A stretch of 64,000 bases of DNA from an uncultured Bacillota bacterium (GCA_937975235.1 CALJUZ010000106.1:695-64694); one strand, 5' to 3'. Counted from the first letter of the stretch, positions 32,362-42,819 are shown. Numbers and translations are program-made. The notes: a model not told the origin generated them from the letters alone.

Positions 32362-33789
32362 ATGTCGCAGCAGAAAACGCACTTCATCGGCATCGGGGGC
32401 GCAGGCATGAGCGGACTGGCCCACGTCATGCTGGAGCGGGGCGGCGCCGTTTCCGGGTCCGACCTGGCCGCCAGCGCCGCCACCTCGCGCCTGGAAGCCA
32501 TGGGCGCCCGCATCTACATCGGTCACGACGAGCGCCACGTCCGGCGGGAGCGGCCCGACATGGTGGTCGTCTCCAGCGCCGTGCCCGCCCACAACCCGGA
32601 GCTTGAATACGCCCGGCGGCACGGCATTCCGGTGCTGACCCGGGCCGAGATGCTGGCCCGGCTTATGGAAAACCGGTGCGGCATCGCCGTCGCGGGCACC
32701 CACGGCAAGACGACGGTGACGTCCATGATCGCGCTGGTGCTGGAGCAGGGCGGACTGGATCCCACCGTCGTCATCGGCGGCGAGCTGAACGACATCGGCA
32801 GCAACGCCAAAGTGGGCGAAGGGCCCCATTTCGTCGCGGAAGCCGACGAAAGCGACCGCTCGTTCTTGAGGCTGTCCCCTTCCATCGCCGTGGTCACCAA
32901 CGTGGAAGCCGAACACTTGGAAAACTATGCCGGCCTGGAAGACATCAAGGCGGCCTTCCGGGCGTTTCTGGCCAAACTTCCCAAAGACGGCCTGGCCGTC
33001 GTCTGCGGCGACGACGCCAACGCGCGCGCGGCCGCGCCGGACCATTGCCGGGTCGTCACGTACGGGCTGGGCGAAGGGCACGACTACACGGCGGCGGACG
33101 TGGAGCTTTTTCCCATGGGCAGCCGCGCCGTCGTGCGGGAGCAGGGCGCGCCTCTTGGGATTATGGTACTCCGGGTTCCGGGGCTGCATAACATAGCCAA
33201 CGCGCTGGCCGCCGTCGCGGTGGGCCGGGCGCTGAACCTGCCTTTCGGCGTCATCGCGCAGGCGCTGGGAGCCTTCCGTGGCGCCAAGCGGCGTCTCGAG
33301 GTGCTGGGGGAAGTGCGGGACGTCTTAATCATCGACGACTACGCCCACCACCCCACCGAGATCCGGGCCACGCTGGCCGCGCTGCGCAACATGGAGCGGC
33401 GGGTCGTGGCCGTATTCCAGCCCCACCGCTACACGCGCACGAAGCACTTGATGGACGAGCTGGCGGCCAGTTTCGAAGACGCCGACGCCGTGGTGCTGAC
33501 GGACATTTACGCCGCGCTGGAGGCTCCCATTCCCGGCGTCGACGTGGAGGTCCTGGCCCGGCGCGTGCGGGCCGCCTCGGGGAAGCCGGTGGCCGTCGTG
33601 CGGGATCTGGACGCCGTGCCCGGCTACCTGCTGGCGGCGGTGCGCCCGGGCGACCTGGTGGTGACGCTGGGCGCGGGCGACGTGCGGCGCGCGGGCGAGG
33701 GGCTCCTCTCGCTGCTGGCCGCCGCCCCGGCCATGGCCGCGCACCTGACGCCGCCGGACCGGACCGACCCGGGTCCGGTCCGGGACTGA
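32362..33789 (+). CDS. murC: MurC ligase
   Basis: HFIGIGGAGMSGLA, AGTHGKTT, EADESD, DDYAHHPTEI, FQPHRYTR. Confidence 0.97.
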   Translation: MSQQKTHFIGIGGAGMSGLAHVMLERGGAVSGSDLAASAATSRLEAMGARIYIGHDERHVRRERPDMVVVSSAVPAHNPELEYARRHGIPVLTRAEMLARLMENRCGIAVAGTHGKTTVTSMIALVLEQGGLDPTVVIGGELNDIGSNAKVGEGPHFVAEADESDRSFLRLSPSIAVVTNVEAEHLENYAGLEDIKAAFRAFLAKLPKDGLAVVCGDDANARAAAPDHCRVVTYGLGEGHDYTAADVELFPMGSRAVVREQGAPLGIMVLRVPGLHNIANALAAVAVGRALNLPFGVIAQALGAFRGAKRRLEVLGEVRDVLIIDDYAHHPTEIRATLAALRNMERRVVAVFQPHRYTRTKHLMDELAASFEDADAVVLTDIYAALEAPIPGVDVEVLARRVRAASGKPVAVVRDLDAVPGYLLAAVRPGDLVVTLGAGDVRRAGEGLLSLLAAAPAMAAHLTPPDRTDPGPVRD

Positions 33790-33803
33790 GGAGGGCGCAG
33801 CCG

Positions 33804-34712
33804 GTGAACGAGCTGGCGGCCCGCCTGCGGCGGGAAGTGCGCGGGAAAATCCTCTTGAATGAGCCGTTGAGCCCTTATACCAGCTGGCGGCTGGGCGGCC
33901 CCGCGGACGTGCTGGTGCTGCCCGCGTCGCTGGACGACGTCGCGGCCGTGCAGGAGCTGGCGCGGGAGAGGGGCGTGCCCGTGACGGTGCTGGGCGGCGG
34001 CAGCAACGTCCTTATCGCCGATTCCGGCCTGCGGGGCGTCGTGGTGCGCATCGGGCGCCCGCTGAGCGCCGTGCGCATCACCGACGACGTCGTCGAGGCC
34101 GAGTGCGGCGCGCCCTTTCCGCGGATCGGCCGGCTGACGGTGCAGCGCGGCCTGACGGGCCTGGAGTTTGCCGGCGGGGTGCCGGGCACCTTAGGCGGCG
34201 CCCTCGCGATGAACGCGGGCGCGCACGACCAGTCGACGGCCGCGGTGGTCCTCGAAGTGACGGCCGTGGACGCCCGGGGCCGGGTGGTCAGGTTGTCCCG
34301 GGAGGACATGGATTTCTCCTACCGCTCCAGCCGGCTCCAGAAGGAGCCCGGCCTCGTCGCCGTCAAGGCGAAGCTGCGCCTTAGGGAGGCTTCCCCCGCG
34401 GAAGTGCGCGAGCGCATGCGGGCCTTCATGGAGCGAAGGCGGCGGACTCAGCCCGTGGGCACGAAAAACGCCGGCAGCGTGTTCAAGAACCCGCCCGGCG
34501 ACTTTGCGGGGCGGCTGGTGGAGGCCGCGGGCTGCAAAGGCATGGCGGTAGGCGACGCGATGGTTTCTCCCATGCACGCCAACTTCATCATCAACCGGGG
34601 CGCGGCCACCGCCGACGACGTGCGGCGGCTCATCGAAAAGGTGCAGACGGCGGTGTTCGAGCGGTTCGGCGTGGAGCTCGCGCCGGAAGTGCGCATGCTC
34701 GGCTTCGCCTGA
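33804..34712 (+). CDS. murB: MurB reductase
   Basis: LGGGSNVLI, GTLGGALAMNAGA, NAGSVFKNP, HANFIIN. Confidence 0.97.
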   Translation: MNELAARLRREVRGKILLNEPLSPYTSWRLGGPADVLVLPASLDDVAAVQELARERGVPVTVLGGGSNVLIADSGLRGVVVRIGRPLSAVRITDDVVEAECGAPFPRIGRLTVQRGLTGLEFAGGVPGTLGGALAMNAGAHDQSTAAVVLEVTAVDARGRVVRLSREDMDFSYRSSRLQKEPGLVAVKAKLRLREASPAEVRERMRAFMERRRRTQPVGTKNAGSVFKNPPGDFAGRLVEAAGCKGMAVGDAMVSPMHANFIINRGAATADDVRRLIEKVQTAVFERFGVELAPEVRMLGFA

Positions 34713-34726
34713 ATAGAGGTGTTGAC

Positions 34727-36025
34727 ATGCAGGGGATGTGGATTCGGGGCGGGCGGCCGCTCCGGGGCGTGTGGCGGGTTTCCGGGGCGAAGAACGCGGC
34801 GCTGAAAATGATGGCCGCGGCGCTGATGGCCACGGAAAAGTGCGTCATCACCGACGTGCCCGCCATCAACGACGTGCGGACGATGATGGGCGTCATGCGG
34901 CATTTGGGTGCGGACGTGCAGCTGCATCCCAACGGCCGCCTGGACATCGTCCCGCCCGCCGTGGACGCCTGGGAGGCGCCGGAGCATCTGGTGCGGCAAA
35001 TGCGGGCGTCGGTCCTGGTCATGGGCCCGGTGCTGGCCAAGACCGGCCGCGTGCGCATCGCGCTGCCCGGCGGCTGCGCCATCGGCCCGCGGCCCATTGA
35101 CCTGCACCTGCGGGGCCTGCGTCTGATGGGCGCCCGCATCGTCGAGGAGCGAGGCTTCGTGGAGGCCCACGCGGCGCGGCTGCGGGGCGCGGAGATTCAG
35201 CTGGACTTTCCCAGCGTCGGGGCCACTGAAAACCTGATGATGGCCGCCACGCTGGCCACAGGCACCACCGTCATCCGCAACGCCGCCCGGGAGCCCGAAA
35301 TCATCGACCTGCAGACGTTTTTGAACAGTATGGGCGCGAAAGTGGTGGGCGCCGGGACGGACACCATCCGCGTCGTCGGCGTGGAGGGGCTGCGGGGGGC
35401 GCGGCACGCGGTCATGCCCGACCGCATCGAGGCCGGCACGGCCATGGTGGCCGCGGCCGTCACCGGCGGGGACATTGTGGTGCAAAACGTCATTCCCGAG
35501 CATCTGGAAGCGGTGACGGCCAAGCTGCGGGAGGCGGGCGTGGAGGTGGCGCCGGCCGGGCCCGGCGGGCTGCGGGTGCGGGGATCGGGCCGGCCGCGGT
35601 CCTTTTACGTGCGCACGCAGCCCCACCCGGGCTTTCCGACCGACATGCAGCCGCAGTTCATGGCGCTCGCGTCGGTGGCCGAAGGTTCCAGCATCATCAA
35701 GGAAACGGTGTACACCAGCCGCATGAAGCACGCGGACGAACTGCGGCGCATGGGCGCCGACATCGTGGTGGACGGGTCCGTCGCGGTGGTGCGGGGCGTG
35801 GAGCGGCTGACGGGCGCGGTGGTGGAGGCGCCCGACTTGCGGGCCGGCGCCGCGCTGGTGCTGGCGGGCCTGGCCGCCGACGGCGAAACCGTCGTCGAAG
35901 GGCTGGAGCACATCGACCGGGGCTACGAGCTCTTCGAGGAGAAGCTGCAGGCCGTCGGAGCGGAAGTGCGCCGCATGGCCGAGGACACGCCGGTGGCGGG
36001 CGGGCGCCCGCTGGTCAGCGTCTGA
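34727..36025 (+). CDS. murA: MurA enolpyruvyl transferase
   Basis: [17 protein letters not shown] (catalytic Cys present), [19 protein letters not shown]. Confidence 0.96.
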   Translation: MQGMWIRGGRPLRGVWRVSGAKNAALKMMAAALMATEKCVITDVPAINDVRTMMGVMRHLGADVQLHPNGRLDIVPPAVDAWEAPEHLVRQMRASVLVMGPVLAKTGRVRIALPGGCAIGPRPIDLHLRGLRLMGARIVEERGFVEAHAARLRGAEIQLDFPSVGATENLMMAATLATGTTVIRNAAREPEIIDLQTFLNSMGAKVVGAGTDTIRVVGVEGLRGARHAVMPDRIEAGTAMVAAAVTGGDIVVQNVIPEHLEAVTAKLREAGVEVAPAGPGGLRVRGSGRPRSFYVRTQPHPGFPTDMQPQFMALASVAEGSSIIKETVYTSRMKHADELRRMGADIVVDGSVAVVRGVERLTGAVVEAPDLRAGAALVLAGLAADGETVVEGLEHIDRGYELFEEKLQAVGAEVRRMAEDTPVAGGRPLVSV

Positions 36026-36708
36026 TGAACGCCCGCGCCCACGCACCCCGGTCGGCGGAAGAGCCCCGTGTCATCCTGGCGCTGCTGGGCCTGCTGGCGG
36101 CGGCGGGCTTGTACGCGTTTTTGCAGTCGCCGTTTTTCGCGCTGGCCGACGTCCGGGTCGAAGGCTGGCGCACGGTGCCGCCCGAAGAGGTGGTGGCGCT
36201 GAGCGGCGTCCGCTACGGGGACAACCTCCTGCGGGTGGACATGCCCAAGGCCGCCGCGGCGGTGGAGCGCCATCCCCGCATCGAGCGGGCCGCGGTGCGG
36301 CGCAGCCTGCCGGGCACCCTGGTCATCGGCGTGGTGGAGTACGAGCCGTTGCTGCTGGCGGTGTCCGACGAGGACGCGGCCGCGCTGGCCTACGACGGCA
36401 CGCGCATTCCGGTCACGGAGGAGGAAGCCGCGCGCCTTCCGGTGTTTTACGGCGAGCCCGATGCGGTGCCGCCGGAGCTCTTGCGCGTCGCCGGGCTGCT
36501 GCCGCCGGACATTCATCGGCGCGTCCTGGTGATGGAGGCCGAGGGCGGCCTGGTGCTGCGAACCCGCACGGGGGAGACGGTGCTGCTGGGCGACGGGGAG
36601 AACCTGTCCCGCAAGCTGGGCATCGCCGTGGACCTGCTGCGCCAGGACCGCTATGCCGTCATCGACGTCCGTTTTCCCGCCTCTCCCGCCGTGCGCCCGG
36701 CGCAATAA
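36025..36708 (+). CDS. ftsQ: FtsQ/DivIB
   Basis: Single TM, POTRA-like region, 'HPRIERAAVRRSLPGTLVIGVVE', C-terminal 'IDVRF'. Confidence 0.85.
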   Translation: MNARAHAPRSAEEPRVILALLGLLAAAGLYAFLQSPFFALADVRVEGWRTVPPEEVVALSGVRYGDNLLRVDMPKAAAAVERHPRIERAAVRRSLPGTLVIGVVEYEPLLLAVSDEDAAALAYDGTRIPVTEEEAARLPVFYGEPDAVPPELLRVAGLLPPDIHRRVLVMEAEGGLVLRTRTGETVLLGDGENLSRKLGIAVDLLRQDRYAVIDVRFPASPAVRPAQ

Positions 36709-36734
36709 AAACCGCCGGCCGCGCGCCGAGACTG

Positions 36735-36761
36735 CAAGGGATCTCCCTTGATCTGTGGAAT
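36735..36761 (+). promoter_or_regulatory. sigmaH-like promoter of ftsZ
   Basis: AAGGGAT...GTGGAAT (AGGG-N17-GAAT). Confidence 0.55.
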
Positions 36762-36829
36762 AAAGCAGGAACCGGAAGTCGGCGTCGCGTTCGTCGCACG
36801 GTACCGCCCTGCTTAGGAGGCTTGAGTCC

Positions 36830-37882
36830 ATGTTCGAGTTTGACGAAGTGCAAAGCCAGTTCGCCCGCATCAAGGTGGTCGGGGTAGGCGGCGGTGGTCA
36901 GAACGCGATCAATCGCATGATCGACGCCGGCCTGCAAGGGGTGGAGTTTGCGGCCCTGAACACGGACGCGCAGGCGCTCATGATGTCCAACGCGTCGGTG
37001 AAGCTGCGCATCGGCGAAAAGCTGACCCGCGGGCTGGGCGCCGGGTCCAATCCCGAGATCGGCCAGAAGGCCGCCGAAGAGAGCCGCGAAGAGATCCGGG
37101 CCTTGCTGGAAGGCGCGGACATGGTGTTCGTCACCGCGGGCATGGGCGGCGGCACGGGCACCGGCGGCGCGCCCATCGTCGCGGAGGTGGCCCGGGAAGT
37201 CAACGCGCTGACCGTCGGCGTCGTGACCAAGCCCTTCACTTTCGAGGGCCGCCGTCGCCAGCAGCAGGCCGAACAGGGCATCGAACGCCTGCGGGAGAAA
37301 GTGGACACGCTCATCGTCATTCCCAACGACCGGCTGCTGCAGGTGGCGGAAAAGCGGACGTCCATTCTGGACGCGTTCAAGCTGGCCGACGACGTGCTGC
37401 GCCAGGGCGTGCAAGGCATCTCGGACCTGATCACGGTTCCCGGCCTCATCAACCTCGACTTCGCCGACGTGCGCACCATCATGGACAACGCGGGCTCGGC
37501 GCTGATGGGCATCGGTGTCGCCTCGGGCGAGGACCGGGCGGTGAAAGCCGCCAAAGCCGCCGTGTCCAGCCCCTTGCTGGAGGCGTCCATCGAGGGCGCC
37601 AGGGGCATTTTGCTCAACATCACCGGCAGCTCCAACCTCGGGCTGTTCGAGGTCAACGACGCGGCCGAGATCATCGCCGAGGCGGCCGACCCCGAAGCCA
37701 ACATCATTTTCGGCGCCGTCATCGACGAAACGCTGCGGGACGAAGTGCGGGTCACGGTCATCGCCACGGGCTTCGACGGCGCGGGCAGCCGGCGCCGCAC
37801 GGGGCTGCGGGAGCTGGAGATTCCGACCTTCAACAACGACGATCTGGATATTCCGGCCTTTCTGCGCCGCCGCTCGTCGTGA
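36830..37882 (+). CDS. ftsZ: Cell division protein FtsZ
   Basis: [34 protein letters not shown]. Confidence 0.99.
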   Translation: MFEFDEVQSQFARIKVVGVGGGGQNAINRMIDAGLQGVEFAALNTDAQALMMSNASVKLRIGEKLTRGLGAGSNPEIGQKAAEESREEIRALLEGADMVFVTAGMGGGTGTGGAPIVAEVAREVNALTVGVVTKPFTFEGRRRQQQAEQGIERLREKVDTLIVIPNDRLLQVAEKRTSILDAFKLADDVLRQGVQGISDLITVPGLINLDFADVRTIMDNAGSALMGIGVASGEDRAVKAAKAAVSSPLLEASIEGARGILLNITGSSNLGLFEVNDAAEIIAEAADPEANIIFGAVIDETLRDEVRVTVIATGFDGAGSRRRTGLRELEIPTFNNDDLDIPAFLRRRSS

Positions 37883-37901
37883 CGCGGCGGCGCACGGCCC
37901 T

Positions 37902-38639
37902 TTAGGCGCCTTCCATCCGCTGCATCTCGACCCGCAGCTTTTGCAGAATGCGCTTCTCCAGCCGGGAAATGTACGACTGAGAAATGCCCAGCAGGTCCGC
38001 CACTTCCTTCTGCGTCCTGGCGCGCCCGCCGTTGTGCAGGCCGAAGCGCAGCCTCACGATGCGGCGTTCCCTTTGCGTCAGTCGATCCAGCGCCATGCCC
38101 AGCAGGTCTTTGTCCACTTCCTCCTCCAGCCGCCGCAGGACGTCGCTCTCGACGCCGATGACGTCGGAGAGCAGCAGCTCGTTGCCGTCCCAGTCCGTGT
38201 TCAGCGGCTCGTCGAAGGACACCTCCGCCCGCGTTTTCGCGTTGCGCCGCAGGAACATCAGGATCTCGTTTTCGATGCAGCGCGAGGCGTACGTGGCCAG
38301 CTTGATATTCTTTCCCGGATCGAACGTATTAACCGCCTTGATGAGTCCGATGGTGCCGATGGAAACCAGATCCTCCACCGAAATGCCCGTGTTCTCGAAC
38401 TTGCGGGCGATGTAGACGACCAGCCGCAGGTTGCGCTCGATGAGCGGCGTGCGGGCCGAGCCGTCGCCGCGGCGCAGCCGGTCCATCAGCGCCGCTTCCT
38501 CCTCGCCGGTCAGCGGCGGCGGGAGCACCTCGGTGCTGCCGATGTACAGCACCGCCGGCGGCGGCATGATCCGGCGGGCCAGGCCCAGGGCCCACCAGCG
38601 CAGCAGCCAGCGTCGCTTAATAGTGCGAAGGGGCGTCAC
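37902..38639 (-). CDS. sigE: Pro-sigmaE
   Basis: Pro-sequence then [50 protein letters not shown]. Confidence 0.95.
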   Translation of the reverse strand: MTPLRTIKRRWLLRWWALGLARRIMPPPAVLYIGSTEVLPPPLTGEEEAALMDRLRRGDGSARTPLIERNLRLVVYIARKFENTGISVEDLVSIGTIGLIKAVNTFDPGKNIKLATYASRCIENEILMFLRRNAKTRAEVSFDEPLNTDWDGNELLLSDVIGVESDVLRRLEEEVDKDLLGMALDRLTQRERRIVRLRFGLHNGGRARTQKEVADLLGISQSYISRLEKRILQKLRVEMQRMEGA

Positions 38640-39615
38640 CGGTTCGCGGCCTCCTTGAGAAGTATTGGGCCGCCGGCTCCTCCCGGGCGTCCCCGGCCAG
38701 GACAGTCCGCAGCAAGTCGGGATGGACGAGGGCCCGGTACGAGCCGTCGGGATCCAACGGCCCTTTGCAGACGGCCAGGATGCAGTCGCCCGCGGGCGTC
38801 GGGCGGCCCTCCCAGACCAGCCGCACCGCGTCGGGGCGAAAGCCGATCAACAGCCCGTGCCGGCGCCCGATGGATGAAAACGGGATGACGCGAAAGCGGG
38901 CCGACCAGCGCTCCGAGGCCAGGAGCCGCTCCACCGCGCTCAAGTCGCCGCTCTCCATCCGTTCCACGGCGGGACGCACGTCGCCGGGCAGCAAGTCCGC
39001 CAGCGTTTCCTGTTCCACCACCACCACGGGCCGGCCCGTCAGCGGATCGCGCAGCCGGTTGCCCGTGTCCACCAATGCCATCATCCGGCGGCAGCGGCCG
39101 CCGAGCTCGATCTCCAGCGGCAGCTGGTACAGCTGCTGCCAAATGCGCCGCTGCAGCACGCCCCAGCCCAGCTCGGCCACGGCCAAAATCGCGCCGCCCG
39201 CCGCGAGGAAGCCCGCCACCGAATCGGGCGCGCCGCCGCTGCCGAACAGAAAGGAGGCGGCCGTGCCCGCGCCCGCGGCGACGAAGCCGATGCCGTAAAA
39301 GTGTGCCCCGATGGCCAGCAGCCGGCGGACGGGGCGGGCTCCGAAGGCGACGACTAGCATCGCGGCCGAAACGAGGAACACGACGGGCACCAGGCGCAGA
39401 TGGCCGTAGCCGGGCAAGACGCCCGCACCGGCCAGCGTGTGCGCCACGAAATAGCCCGCGCCCAGCAGCGCCGCGGCCGCCAGACGGCCCGCTGACGCGG
39501 GCGCGCGGGCCACTTCCGCGGTGGCCCAGAGCAGCATGTAGTCAAAGATCAGCGCGGCGACGGCCTGGAGCATCAGCGCATCCATCCAGATGACGGTTCC
39601 GGCGCCGCCGCCCAT
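38617..39615 (-). CDS. spoIIGA: Pro-sigmaE processing aspartic protease SpoIIGA
   Basis: Multi-TM N-terminus, '[18 protein letters not shown]', 'RVIPFSSIG...LLIGFRPD'; precedes sigE on the same strand. Confidence 0.93.
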   Translation of the reverse strand: MGGGAGTVIWMDALMLQAVAALIFDYMLLWATAEVARAPASAGRLAAAALLGAGYFVAHTLAGAGVLPGYGHLRLVPVVFLVSAAMLVVAFGARPVRRLLAIGAHFYGIGFVAAGAGTAASFLFGSGGAPDSVAGFLAAGGAILAVAELGWGVLQRRIWQQLYQLPLEIELGGRCRRMMALVDTGNRLRDPLTGRPVVVVEQETLADLLPGDVRPAVERMESGDLSAVERLLASERWSARFRVIPFSSIGRRHGLLIGFRPDAVRLVWEGRPTPAGDCILAVCKGPLDPDGSYRALVHPDLLRTVLAGDAREEPAAQYFSRRPRTGDAPSHY

Positions 39616-39718
39616 GGGCATCGCCTCCTTTCACGCGCGGCTCGGACGGTTCGTCCGTGGCACAATCTTATTACCCCGTCCGGGGAGCGATTCCTGCGTC
39701 CGTTGTACACAGACTTCG

Positions 39719-39749
39719 GAATAGTCTGGACAAACCTGCGGCAATACTG
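39719..39749 (+). promoter_or_regulatory. sigmaF/sigmaG-type promoter of sigG
   Basis: GAATA-N16-GGCAATACTG. Confidence 0.65.
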
Positions 39750-39787
39750 ATGACAGCAGGCTGAAGCGACGAGGGGGCCCCGGGCGG

Positions 39788-40561
39788 ATGAACAAGGTGG
39801 AAATTTGCGGCGTCAACACGTCCAAGCTGCCGGTGCTCAGCAACCCGTACATGCGGGAGCTGCTGAAACGCGTGCGGCAAGGCGACAAGGACGCGCGCGC
39901 CGAGCTCATCCAAGGCAATCTGCGCCTGGTTCTCAGCGTCATTCAGCGGTTCAACAACCGCGGCGAAAACGTGGACGACCTGTTTCAGGTGGGCTGCATC
40001 GGCTTGATGAAAGCCATCGACAACTTTGACCTCAGCCAGAACGTAAAGTTTTCCACGTACGCCGTGCCCATGATCATCGGGGAAATCCGCCGCTACCTGC
40101 GGGACAACAACCCGATTCGGGTCAGCCGCAGCCTGCGCGACATCGCGTACAAGGCGCTGCAAGTGCGGGACAGCCTGGTCAGCCGCTACAACAGGGAGCC
40201 GACGCTGACACAGATCGCCGAGGAGATGGGGCTGCCGAGAGAGGAAGTCGTGTACGCGCTGGACGCGATTCAGGAGCCCATTTCGCTCTTCGAGCCCATC
40301 TACCACGACGGCGGCGACCCCATTTTCGTCATGGACCAAATCAGCGACGAGCGGTCCGAGGACTCCCGGTGGATCGACGGCATTTCCATCCGGGAAGCCA
40401 TGTCCCGCCTGGGCGAGCGGGAACGGCTCATCCTGACCAAGCGGTTTTTCCACGGCCGCACGCAGATGGAGGTGGCCGACGAGATCGGCATTTCCCAGGC
40501 GCAAGTGTCCAGGCTGGAGAAAGCGGCGCTGAAACACCTGCGGCGCTACATGTCCGGCTGA
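39788..40561 (+). CDS. sigG: Forespore sigma factor SigG
   Basis: MNKVEICGVNTSKLPVL, DDLFQVGCIGLMKAIDNFD, RRYLRDNNPIRVSRS. Confidence 0.97.
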   Translation: MNKVEICGVNTSKLPVLSNPYMRELLKRVRQGDKDARAELIQGNLRLVLSVIQRFNNRGENVDDLFQVGCIGLMKAIDNFDLSQNVKFSTYAVPMIIGEIRRYLRDNNPIRVSRSLRDIAYKALQVRDSLVSRYNREPTLTQIAEEMGLPREEVVYALDAIQEPISLFEPIYHDGGDPIFVMDQISDERSEDSRWIDGISIREAMSRLGERERLILTKRFFHGRTQMEVADEIGISQAQVSRLEKAALKHLRRYMSG

Positions 40562-40633
40562 CCCGCGCCGTACGCCGCCCGCAGCGTTCCGGCCCGGCGG
40601 CGGACACTGCACGGGAGAGGGGGTAGACCAACG

Positions 40634-41308
40634 GTGTCACAGGCGACGCGTGATCACTTCCGCGTGCCGGCCGCGGGCCGGATTTTCGCGGCTCTCATCA
40701 TTGCTCTAACGGTTCTCGCCGCGCTGGCGGCGTGGCGGGTCCTCGGGCCGGCCGCGACCGAGGCGTACGACGCGGCGCTGCCGGTGATGCGGCTGCACGT
40801 GGTGCCCCACGACAACACGCCCGAGTCGCAGACGCTGAAGCTGCACGTCCGCGACCGGGTTCTGCAGGCGGTCTACGAGCTGACCCGCGGCCTGGACGCG
40901 GAGGAGGCGGCGGCGCGCCTCGCCGCGGAAGCCGAGACTCTGCGGGCGGCCGCCGAACACGAGGTGCGGCGGCGGGGCGCCGCGCATCCGGTGCGCATCG
41001 TGCCGGAAGCCGGCGCCGACGGCCGGCCGGCGGCGCTGCGGGTCGTCATCGGCGCGGGAGCGGGGAACAACTGGTTCTGCGTGCTGGTGCCGCCGCTTTG
41101 CTTCTCGGACCTGGACGCGGTGGAAAAGCGGCCCGTGGACCCGGAGCGGCCCGCGGGCGTGCGGTTCGCGTGGCGCTGGCTGGACGGCTGGCTGAGCCGG
41201 CTGTCACGGTCCGGGGAAGGCGTCGGGCAGGTGCACGAGGATGACGTCGACGCCGATCTTGCGCACGCGGCCCCACGGGACGGCCACGTCCGGGCGGCGC
41301 CCGAATAA
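40634..41308 (+). CDS. spoIIR: Stage II sporulation protein R (divergent)
   Basis: 'RLHVVPHDNTPESQTLKLHVRD' and 'ALRVVIGAGAGNNWFCVLVPPLCF' match the two SpoIIR blocks. Confidence 0.85.
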   Translation: MSQATRDHFRVPAAGRIFAALIIALTVLAALAAWRVLGPAATEAYDAALPVMRLHVVPHDNTPESQTLKLHVRDRVLQAVYELTRGLDAEEAAARLAAEAETLRAAAEHEVRRRGAAHPVRIVPEAGADGRPAALRVVIGAGAGNNWFCVLVPPLCFSDLDAVEKRPVDPERPAGVRFAWRWLDGWLSRLSRSGEGVGQVHEDDVDADLAHAAPRDGHVRAAPE

Positions 41309-41464
41309 GGAGAACAGCCGCCGGCCGCCGTCGCCCGGCAGCAGCAGCGCGTGGATCGCGCCCGTGTCCGCGTCCACGTCCAAATCGTAGACGTAGCCCA
41401 GCTTGCGGCCGTCCACCAGGTTGACCACGTCCAGGAGCCGCAGCTCGGACGCCCGCACCAGCAC
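41204..41464 (-). CDS. ylmC: YlmC/YmxH PRC-barrel sporulation protein
   Basis: 'SELRLLDVVNLVDGRKLGYVYDLDVD..TGAIHALLLP...VPWGRVRKIGVDVILV'. Confidence 0.92.
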   Translation of the reverse strand: MLVRASELRLLDVVNLVDGRKLGYVYDLDVDADTGAIHALLLPGDGGRRLFSLFGRRPDVAVPWGRVRKIGVDVILVHLPDAFPGP

Positions 41465-41563
41465 CGCGCTCCCTCCCCGGAACTACCGTATTCACGCCTG
41501 CCGCCGCCGGTCCCACGCTTCTTCCCGCATACTCATGTATAATGTCGGCAGGAGGGATCGGTT

Positions 41564-42019
41564 ATGCGGTGTCCGTTCTGCCGGCACGACGAAACGAAAG
41601 TCCTCGACTCGCGCGCGACCGAAGAAGGCGCGTCCATCCGGCGCCGGCGCCTATGCGAAAACTGCGGCCGACGCTTTACGACCTACGAGCGCTGGGAGGA
41701 AACGCCGCTGTTGGTCGTGAAGAAGGACGGGCGGCGCGAGCCTTTCCAGCGGCAAAAGATCCTGGCCGGCCTGGTCACCGCGTGCGAAAAGCGGCCCGTC
41801 CCTCTGCGCGTCCTGGAAGAAATCGTGGACGACATCGAGCGCACCCTCCGCCAGGAAGGCGAATCGGAAGTCACCAGCCGTGCCATCGGCGAAGCCGTCA
41901 TGGAGCGCCTCCGCGAGGTGGACGAAGTCGCGTACGTGCGGTTCGCCTCGGTGTACCGGGAATTTCGCGACATCACCGCCCTGCTCGGCGAAGTGGAGAA
42001 GCTGGTCAAAAGGGAGTGA
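41564..42019 (+). CDS. nrdR: Transcriptional repressor NrdR
   Basis: MRCPFC..TKVLDSR..IRRRRLC..C..RFTTYE; [11 protein letters not shown]. Confidence 0.98.
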   Translation: MRCPFCRHDETKVLDSRATEEGASIRRRRLCENCGRRFTTYERWEETPLLVVKKDGRREPFQRQKILAGLVTACEKRPVPLRVLEEIVDDIERTLRQEGESEVTSRAIGEAVMERLREVDEVAYVRFASVYREFRDITALLGEVEKLVKRE

Positions 42020-42024
42020 CCCCC

Positions 42025-42819
42025 GTGTTCGTGCGGCGTGACCGGGCCGGCATCGGCCTGTGGCAGGAGGAACGCTGGGCCGCGTGGGACGTGCTCCACG
42101 CCTTCTCCGATCGGTACGGCGGCGTCAGCCCGGCGCCGTTTTCCTCGCTGAACGTAGGGCTGCACGTGGGCGACGACGCGGCGGCGGTGCGGGAAAACCG
42201 GCGGCGCCTGTGCCGGGCCCTGGGAGTGGCCCCTGAGGCGCTGGTGGCCGGCGAGCAGGTGCACGGCACCCGCGTGGCGGTCGTGGGCGCCGAGGACCGG
42301 GGGCGGGGCGCGTTCGAGCTGCGCGACGCCGTCCCGGGCGCCGACGCCCTGGTCACCGATACGCCCGGCGTCATCCTGTTCGCCTTGTTCGCCGACTGCG
42401 TGCCCGTCTACCTCTACGACCCGAAACGCCGGGCCGTGGGGCTGGCCCACGCGGGCTGGAAGGGGACGGCCGGGGGCATCGCGCGCCGCACCGCCGAGAA
42501 GATGTCCGAGGCGTTCGGCAGCCGCCCGGAAGACCTCCACGCGGCCATCGGGCCGTCCATCGGCCCGTGCTGCTACGAGGTGGGCGAGGAAGTGGCGCGG
42601 GCGCTGGCCGGCGCGGGGCCCGGCATCGTCGTCGAGGACGCCCAAAGGCTGCGGGCGGACTTGTGGGCCGCCAACGCGGCGCAGCTGGCGGAAGCCGGCG
42701 TCCCGCGGGACAACATCGCCGTCGCGGGCCTGTGCACCCGGTGCCTGCGCGACACGTTTTTCTCTCATCGCGGCCACGGCGGACGCACGGGACGCATGGC
42801 CGCCGCCATCGGCCTGTAG
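42025..42819 (+). CDS. pgeF: PgeF/YfiH (YlmD) family protein
   Basis: SLNVGLHVGD, QVHG, ADALVT, ADCVPV, AHAGWKG, GPSIGPCCYEVG, FFSHR. Confidence 0.93.
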   Translation: MFVRRDRAGIGLWQEERWAAWDVLHAFSDRYGGVSPAPFSSLNVGLHVGDDAAAVRENRRRLCRALGVAPEALVAGEQVHGTRVAVVGAEDRGRGAFELRDAVPGADALVTDTPGVILFALFADCVPVYLYDPKRRAVGLAHAGWKGTAGGIARRTAEKMSEAFGSRPEDLHAAIGPSIGPCCYEVGEEVARALAGAGPGIVVEDAQRLRADLWAANAAQLAEAGVPRDNIAVAGLCTRCLRDTFFSHRGHGGRTGRMAAAIGL

